A stretch of 64,000 nucleotides of DNA from Octopus sinensis (lineage: Eukaryota): assembly GCF_006345805.1 (NCBI RefSeq), contig NC_042997.1, positions 155,682,001 through 155,746,000 of the forward strand, in the 5' to 3' direction. The notes beneath the pieces are model-generated. The model saw nothing but the letters and a program-made list of their open reading frames with translations, was not told the origin of the DNA and made no database searches. Both the position numbers and the translations under genes were made by a program. Of this stretch, positions 59,101 through 64,000 are shown in pieces. The first letter of the stretch is position 1, and each line of letters begins with the position of its first letter.

Positions 59101-61221
59101 TTACATTTTCGAGAAAGAAATACAAAAAAGAATTGATAAAAGATAAACCTTGTAACATCTAAAACAATTTTTAAAAATCTGAACACGGACTATCCGATTA
59201 TAAGTTGCTATTTGTGGCCGTGATAGTTGTGTAGATATATTAGTAATCTCTCGGCATATCATCCTCACCAACATAACTTCTCTATTCATTAAAATACGTC
59301 AACTATCATTTCTGAAAGGGGCTCTCTCCCACAGGCTATGAGTAATGGATTTTCTCCAGAAACATAGATAAGAAATAACAAATTCTCCAGGCTATATGAT
59401 CTGATCAGACGTAAAGTAAGAACATCGTGAAAGAAGCAAAGCAACTCGGCCGATATATAGTTCACTCAACCAAATCTAGAACTTAAAAAAGAAAATTAAA
59501 AAAAAAAAAGCTTTCTGGCATTTGTCTTTACTCAATAACGATACTTCCTGTTATCATTACCTTCAATGCAGATGTTCATTTGTTCTTAGGTTTCATTGAA
59601 TTAATTCTCACTATCTTAAAAGTGGCATTCATTTGAACACGATGTTGTTTGTAGTTTACATTACAAACCTAGTTATCCATTAAATTCTGCTTTTCCTCCT
59701 TCCTAGAAGATATAACGCTTGGGGAGTTTTACAAATTACAAGTATAAAATAAACCCCAGAAAAAGGAAGACTACTTAAAAATAAGCTAATAATAATTAAC
59801 ATTTTAAATCACAGGTCATAATTCATTTTTACTTAATGTGAAACACAAAGAATTGCTATAGGGATACGGAACATAAATCACAGCCGCGGTGACAATTACA
59901 TTTCCTTTAACCAAAACTGATTATAAGGGTGGTGTTTTTTTTTTATTCATTTTTTTTATTTCTGGGGGTTGGGGCAGTCGAAAAGAGAATCAAGTTTGAA
60001 AATCGTTGAAGAAACTTCTATCAAATATCGATAACGGCGAAAATATTTAAAAAGCATAACAGTGAGGGGAGGATGAATATCGAAAACAAACAAAATCATA
60101 AAGTAACGATTTTCTCTTTGGTTTCCTTTCTGCGATTTAATTAGTTTTTGATCTGTGTCACGAACCAACAAGTATATAATTGCCCGAGGTACAAGAAAAT
60201 ATTGGACGGAGTTGTTTAAAACTATTGTTTCTAAAAAGTACACTTGTTAAGTAGCGCCATCGGAACTGAATCGGTTAACAGCAAAGCTGTAAGATATCGC
60301 AGAAGAAAAACAATCGGAAAGACGTCATCCCGTCCCCCATCCCCACATTTTCTCGCAAATCATTGTTTTTTAAAATTTTTTTGCCAAAAACCCAAGTTTT
60401 CGGGAAAGACCTCATCCCTTTCCCCTCCCCCCATTTTCTCGCAAATTATTATTTATTAAATTTTTTTTTTTTTTTGTCAAAAACCCATTTTTTCGGATAC
60501 GGAAATTCGGGGGGTACAAAAAGAAATCTTGCCGAACAATCTATTAATGAGTGATTATAAAAATGTCCGGTAGTTTTAGATACCTATAAGAAACATTTTG
60601 AGGAACTTGACAGAACTTTTCCCTCTCTCACTATATATATATATAATATTAACGGAACTTACTTTATATAATCTATGTAAAGGTAAGCTGAATAGAGAGT
60701 AAGAGAAATAACATGAAAAAGTAACGGATACATATAAAGATGAAAACTATATGAGAAAAGAGTTTCAGGTGAATAGACTTAACAAGGAATATTTATATAT
60801 TAAAAAACAAACAAAAAGCATTAATCAGTAAAAGATATGGTAGAGCTTTGTGACAGTTGGAGACGTTATCAGAGATAATACATAATAGAAACAGTTTTTT
60901 AAAGTATGTTTCAAATGAAAGTGAGACTTAATTGAGGTTAAATACAAACAAGAACATAATAAATCAGTTGATAAATTAAAGGAGAGATTTTTATAAGTAA
61001 ACGAACTAATTAATGAACCCTCACTTGATGACCATCTTCTACTAAAATTGATTGATGACACATAAACTGAATATTAAAAGTGATAGGTCATAAATTTCCC
61101 TATTAAATGTAGTTTTCCCTAATATTTACAAATAATAAATATGTACCTTTAGATCATTTTCCGGAAGATATTTGCATTCTTTTGCAATTTCTATCCACTT
61201 GTCAACACATTCGTCCGCCAT
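34508..61221 (-). CDS. PPP6C: Serine/threonine-protein phosphatase 6 catalytic subunit, 10 coding exons, 305 aa (overall span)
   Basis: join(61147-61221,46559-46654,44454-44519,42805-42872,41213-41286,40594-40673,38357-38474,37342-37433,35090-35147,34508-34698) = 918 nt with all phases consistent. It contains the PPP motifs [25 protein letters not shown] and SAPNY, PP6-type N-terminus KYLPENDLK and C-terminus TTPYFL. Confidence 0.97.
35090..35147 (-). CDS. PPP6C: PPP6C exon 9
   Basis: [19 protein letters not shown](G); 58 nt; AG acceptor and GTAAGT donor. Confidence 0.96.
36920..37070. mobile_element. hAT-like MITE (degenerate) in PPP6C intron 8
   Basis: Starts taggcatgggtaacc with an eroded right TIR. 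The 8-bp flanks ttttacat and ttctacat (7/8) are consistent with a TSD. Confidence 0.45.
37342..37433 (-). CDS. PPP6C: PPP6C exon 8
   Basis: (D)[30 protein letters not shown]; 92 nt; GTAAAT donor. The upstream acceptor is non-canonical (AA). Confidence 0.95.
37434..38356 (-). other. U12-type (minor spliceosome) intron with AT-AA termini, PPP6C intron 7, 923 nt
   Basis: The 5' end reads ATATCCTTTT (U12 consensus RTATCCTTT). A branch-site-like TTCTTTAAC (37451-37443) is followed by only tgtattcaa before the exon. There is no AG nearby, and this join restores the conserved GAFCDLVWSDP. Confidence 0.85.
37501..37852 (-). mobile_element. tRNA-headed SINE inside PPP6C intron 7
   Basis: Reverse complement begins gcgtaggtgtggctgtatggtaagaagcttccc and contains gggcaagtgtcttctactatagcctcagg and gtgagtggatttggtagacggaaactgaaagaagc. 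Confidence 0.75.
38357..38474 (-). CDS. PPP6C: PPP6C exon 7
   Basis: [39 protein letters not shown](D); 118 nt; AG acceptor; followed by ATATCCTTTT. Confidence 0.96.
40078..40310 (-). mobile_element. full-length tRNA-derived SINE with 13-bp target-site duplication
   Basis: Reverse complement starts ggcggtaagctggcagaaatgttagc (A-box-like), then gagttcaaattc (B-box-like) and the core gactttgcctttcat...gataaattaagtaccagt. gtggttagttact is duplicated at 40065-40077 and 40311-40323. Confidence 0.85.
40594..40673 (-). CDS. PPP6C: PPP6C exon 6
   Basis: (D)[26 protein letters not shown]; 80 nt; AG/GTAAGT. Confidence 0.96.
40817..41047. mobile_element. piggyBac-like MITE in PPP6C intron 5
   Basis: TTAA on both sides (40813-40816, 41048-41051), CCC...GGG ends, and TIRs ccctttatctgcaaaattaaat vs cccctttactgcagaaatcaaat. 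Confidence 0.7.
41213..41286 (-). CDS. PPP6C: PPP6C exon 5
   Basis: (K)[24 protein letters not shown]; 74 nt; AG/GTAAGT. Confidence 0.96.
41983..42200 (-). mobile_element. RTE LINE 3' tail fragment in PPP6C intron 4
   Basis: (CAT)n + tttaacatccgttttccatgctagcatgggtt + gtttctacagctggatgcccttcctaacgccaaccactc. Confidence 0.8.
42805..42872 (-). CDS. PPP6C: PPP6C exon 4
   Basis: [22 protein letters not shown](K); 68 nt; AG/GTAAGT. Confidence 0.96.
44454..44519 (-). CDS. PPP6C: PPP6C exon 3
   Basis: [22 protein letters not shown]; 66 nt; AG/GTAAGT. Confidence 0.96.
44810..45232 (+). mobile_element. RTE LINE 3' tail with four ~65-bp subrepeats, in PPP6C intron 2
   Basis: Four copies of ctgtgccagtggca.gtaaaaagcacc, then ggcgttaggaagggcatccagctgtagaaac and a (GAT)n tail. 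Confidence 0.8.
46088..46410 (-). mobile_element. tRNA-headed SINE, degenerate
   Basis: gaggctatagtagaagatacttgcccaaggtgcc...cttcttaaccacacagccatgcctg, colinear with 37501-37852. Confidence 0.65.
46559..46654 (-). CDS. PPP6C: PPP6C exon 2
   Basis: [32 protein letters not shown]; 96 nt; AG/GTAAGT. Confidence 0.97.
47353..47819 (-). mobile_element. internally deleted mariner element retaining the transposase N-terminal HTH
   Basis: TIRs gtggtatcaaaaagttcccggactagtt and gtggtatcgaaaccttcctggactagtt (reverse complement). ORF 47470-47730 encodes [43 protein letters not shown], typical of the mariner DNA-binding domain. Confidence 0.88.
49640..50912 (+). mobile_element. 5'-truncated, internally deleted RTE-type LINE in PPP6C intron 1
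   Basis: [41 protein letters not shown] and GRGRPRKTW; 3' UTR with subrepeats and a (GAT)n tail at ~50901-50912. Confidence 0.92.
51365..51890 (+). mobile_element. older degenerate RTE LINE fragment
   Basis: [28 protein letters not shown] and downstream sequence colinear with 49925-50410, with many stops. Confidence 0.75.
53024..53099. repeat. (TG)n(GA)n compound microsatellite
   Basis: Direct reading: tgtgtgtg followed by about 30 GA units. Confidence 0.95.
54283..54593. mobile_element. hAT-like MITE
   Basis: TIRs cagagctgaccaacctga and caggcttggccaacttga (reverse complement), CAG...CTG ends, and 8-bp flanks ccctaaca and ctctaaca (7/8). Confidence 0.65.
55903..56230 (-). mobile_element. 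degenerate RTE-tail repeat
   Basis: (CAT)n + tttaatgcccactttctatgctgtcatggattggatggtttgac + ggatgccctt..taacaccaaccactc. Confidence 0.65.
60315..60497. repeat. imperfect two-unit tandem duplication (~87-95 bp)
   Basis: ggaaagac.tcatccc...cattttctcgcaaat.att...aaattttttt..caaaaaccca..ttttcgg occurs twice in succession. Confidence 0.8.
61147..61221 (-). CDS. PPP6C: PPP6C exon 1 (start codon)
   Basis: [25 protein letters not shown]; 75 nt; context gaaATGGCG; GTACAT donor; followed by a 14.5-kb intron 1. Confidence 0.95.
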
Positions 61222-61252
61222 TTCTGATAACCTTTATTTTAGAAAAGCTCAA

Positions 61253-61269
61253 CAAGGGGCATAACTCTG
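61253..61269 (+). promoter_or_regulatory. candidate promoter motif CAAGGGGCATAACTCTG just upstream of the PPP6C ATG
   Basis: 14/17 match to the motif upstream of ZNF330. A partial copy (aaggtcataact) lies at 61485-61496. Confidence 0.35.
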
Positions 61270-62472
61270 GATCATTATCTGCACACGCTAAACTTGATTG
61301 AACTAGATGCATTCTTACAAAAAATTCTATGTTTAAGTGACATATTTACATAAAGCTTTCTGTTTTGAAGAAAGATAAGGCATCATTTAATAATATGATC
61401 TTTTTTGAAAATTACTATCCGCTACACTAGAGTATTTAAATTTTAATGAAGGTATATTTCAGCACGCAACTTGACATATTTGCTAAGGTCATAACTGGCT
61501 AGTTATTCGCAAGTTGATAAACGATACCTAGAGTGGAGATTATATTCCTGTAGGCCTGCAATAGATACCTTATGACTCACTTAGAAAGAGAACTTTTAAT
61601 ATGTCTAAAGTAAATAAATACTAATGGAAAAGGGGATAAGATAACCATATCCAAGACACTGCACTGCAATATAGTTTTTAAAAATCAGTCGTGTAGTTCG
61701 AAAGGAAAAAAAAAGAACATAAACGACACTTTTGAAAATATGATACCCTAGTAGCGCAGCTGAATAAATAAATATCTACCTTGTAGAAATAGTAATATTG
61801 TGGTTATAAACTTATATATGCGAAGTGTGGAATCTAACAGGGGAAACATGAGTATTGGATGTGGTGGGGGTACAGCGAAGCCAAGAGACGTAAACGTACA
61901 CATATACGATGTACCTATATTATATAAGCATACACACATGCACGCAGTTGTTAGAGCATCGGGGCAAGATGGCTTATTTATTCTGACACCTTGCGTTCTC
62001 TATTCAAATTCCGCCATGTCCCATCATAACAACATCACCTGGCTCTTGGGTGCCTTTAACTGAATCCATTGTTTTGCAAGCATTCGCACAAGGTGTGTCC
62101 GATACGGGGGATATTTTCGTTTCAGTCACAGAGGCTCTGTAACTAGTCATGGGCACAGCCTTTCATTTCTGATAAAAAGAAATAAAAAGTTTAGAACTAG
62201 AATTTCAGATGAGTGTTGGAATGAAGGATGAAGTTCACATGAATGTGTGTGTATGACAGAGAGTGCGTGTGTGTGTGACAGAGAGTGCGCGTGCGCGTTA
62301 ACCCTTAAGTTGAAACCAGTTTGATAATTGCTAAAGCACGAAACTCTCGACCCTTGAGTCGCTCTGCCATTTTAGCCGATTATTAATAAAAAAAAAGTGT
62401 GTGTGTAATTTTAATAAAAGTATTTATATACTCATATCTTGAGTTCTATTTTACCTGCTTGCATCCCCATAT

Positions 62473-62859
62473 ATTGAGGCGAGGAAGACCATAATTCATC
62501 ACCAGGGAAAATTTTGGACAAGATAGGACACACCAGATTGCTTTGATATACGAATGGGCACGCAAGATTCAGCCGAAGTCACAAACTTAGTCGGAATTTA
62601 TTTACTACACCTGCTCCATAAAGAACTCCCAGAATTTGAAGGTGGTCACTATAGGGACGATGCTCTGTTTGTAGTTTGAAATGCCTCCAACCGTAAAATC
62701 GAAATATATCAGAAGAGATTACATAAATTTTTCAAAAGCCATGGACTTACCATCACCATTGAGCAGGATCACACTTCTGTGAACTTCTTGGATGCACATT
62801 TTAACCTCTTTACTTCAGCTTACCGACCATACCATAAACCTAATAGCAATATTACTTAC
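62473..62859 (+). mobile_element. Penelope-like element reverse transcriptase fragment (pseudogenised)
   Basis: One frame with two stops: ARKTIIHHQGKFWTR*DTPDCFDIRMGTQDSAEVTNLVGIYLL...GHYRDDALFVV*...HGLTITIE...VNFLDAHFNLFTSAYRPYHKPNSNITY. This matches the PLE pattern FD..MGS.DGAEV.ELVG.Y / YRDDGL / VNFLD / Y.PY.KPN. Confidence 0.8.
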
Positions 62860-63960
62860 TAGCAGATACATAAAAGTATGGGATACATAAAAGATGTGCA
62901 TTATAATGAGCATTATAAAAGGTGAGCAGATACCTGGCGTTGTCCTTGTTACATGCAATCGAAGAATTAGACTTTTCTGTTATATTTTCTGTAATGAACT
63001 GGAATACCTATGTTTCGAATTTCATCAAAATTGCAGATGAGGGTTATTTCCCTCTTTACATACCCTAAAAAAATTGTAATCGTGCCGCATGTATCCCATT
63101 CTACTGATTTTTATGCGCATATTCAAAAATTCCAGTCTTATAGAACCTGTTGAAAAGATTTTGCTCCTGAAAAATGGAGGTCAGACACACACAGACAGAC
63201 AGACACACATGTAATACTGAAATAGTGGAGAAGATATGATATTGCCGTGGGCTCACACTAGGCAAGAAGTTAAAAACTTTGGGGGCCTATGACATTACAT
63301 GGACCATAAGTAAGGCATGTGTAAAATTTGAATGAAATTGGTTGTGTAGTTCTCAAGTTTTAGGGATTCGCACAGACAGACACACATTCTCATCTTTATA
63401 TATATATAGACTAGTTTAAGGTGACCCGCTCTATGTGCAGGTGAGGGTGCGGTTGTTACTTTCTGTTGCTTCCTTTCTGTTTCTTATTGCCACATTCTCC
63501 ATCTTTGTTTCTCTCTCCTTTCTCTCTCACTTTCCACTCTCTTACTCTTCCTTTCTCTCGGTCTCTCCCTAGCTTTCTCTTACTCTTTCTCTTTCTCTTT
63601 CTATCTCTCTCCCATTTATAAAAAATTAGATTTCCAAGCTTAAATGACAAATCCGCTTCCACTTTACCATGTTGAAAATTTGATTGAAATCGGGCAAAAG
63701 GTGTCCAATCTAGACCCCCAAGTGTCCCCAAAAATTAATAAAATCCCCATTTTCACACCAAAGCAGCCACTGTAGCATCCCAAAACATCTCCCAATCAAT
63801 TTCTCACCTCAAGTTACCCACTCCTGTAAATTTTAATCCCCTTCCAGCCCCCTTTTGATCCCTTTTTACATAAAAATCCAATTTGTATCAACGTTCGACT
63901 TCTTCATTTTATAGATTAGATGGCCAGATATACCTGCCCTTGCTAGGGATTAAAATAGTA
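62860..63960 (-). mobile_element. possible cluster of non-autonomous Helitron-like elements
   Basis: On the minus strand: TC-starting TCTATATATATATAAAG (63410) and TCTAATCTATAAAATG (~63919), (GTCT)n subterminal microsatellites, and a small hairpin acctgc-acataga-gcgggt about 10 nt before CTAG at 63411-63414. No Rep/Hel coding sequence is visible. Confidence 0.4.
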
Positions 63961-64000
63961 TGTTATTGTTTTACTTGTTTTGGTATTATAACCCGATTTC

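Overview
AT-rich animal genomic DNA. The (TA)n/(CA)n load, RTE LINEs with (GAT)n tails and tRNA-headed SINEs resemble octopus/coleoid repeats; this taxon call is inference. There are two clear protein-coding genes, both on the minus strand. (1) An intronless ZNF330/NOA36 (19257-20192, 311 aa). (2) A complete 10-exon PPP6C (protein phosphatase 6 catalytic subunit, CDS 34508-61221, 918 nt, 305 aa), which I assembled by hand; the ORF track shows only its last exon. PPP6C intron 7 (37434-38356) has the signature of a minor-spliceosome (U12) intron with rare AT-AA ends. Positions ~1.86-17.46 kb are (TA)n-type micro/minisatellite holding two near-identical, identically truncated CR1-group LINE fragments 6184 bp apart, probably a tandem duplication or an unpolished assembly artefact. 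The rest is TE debris: RTE, CR1 and Penelope-like retroelement pieces, mariner remnants, piggyBac- and hAT-like MITEs, SINEs, a foldback element and possible Helitron-like elements. The Y/I/M/C-rich ORFs are microsatellite artefacts. I see no rRNA, tRNA or CRISPR arrays and no clear novel multi-gene system. The best leads are the AT-AA U12 intron, inverted RTE tails bracketing PPP6C exons 3-4, and a 17-bp motif shared by the upstream regions of both genes.
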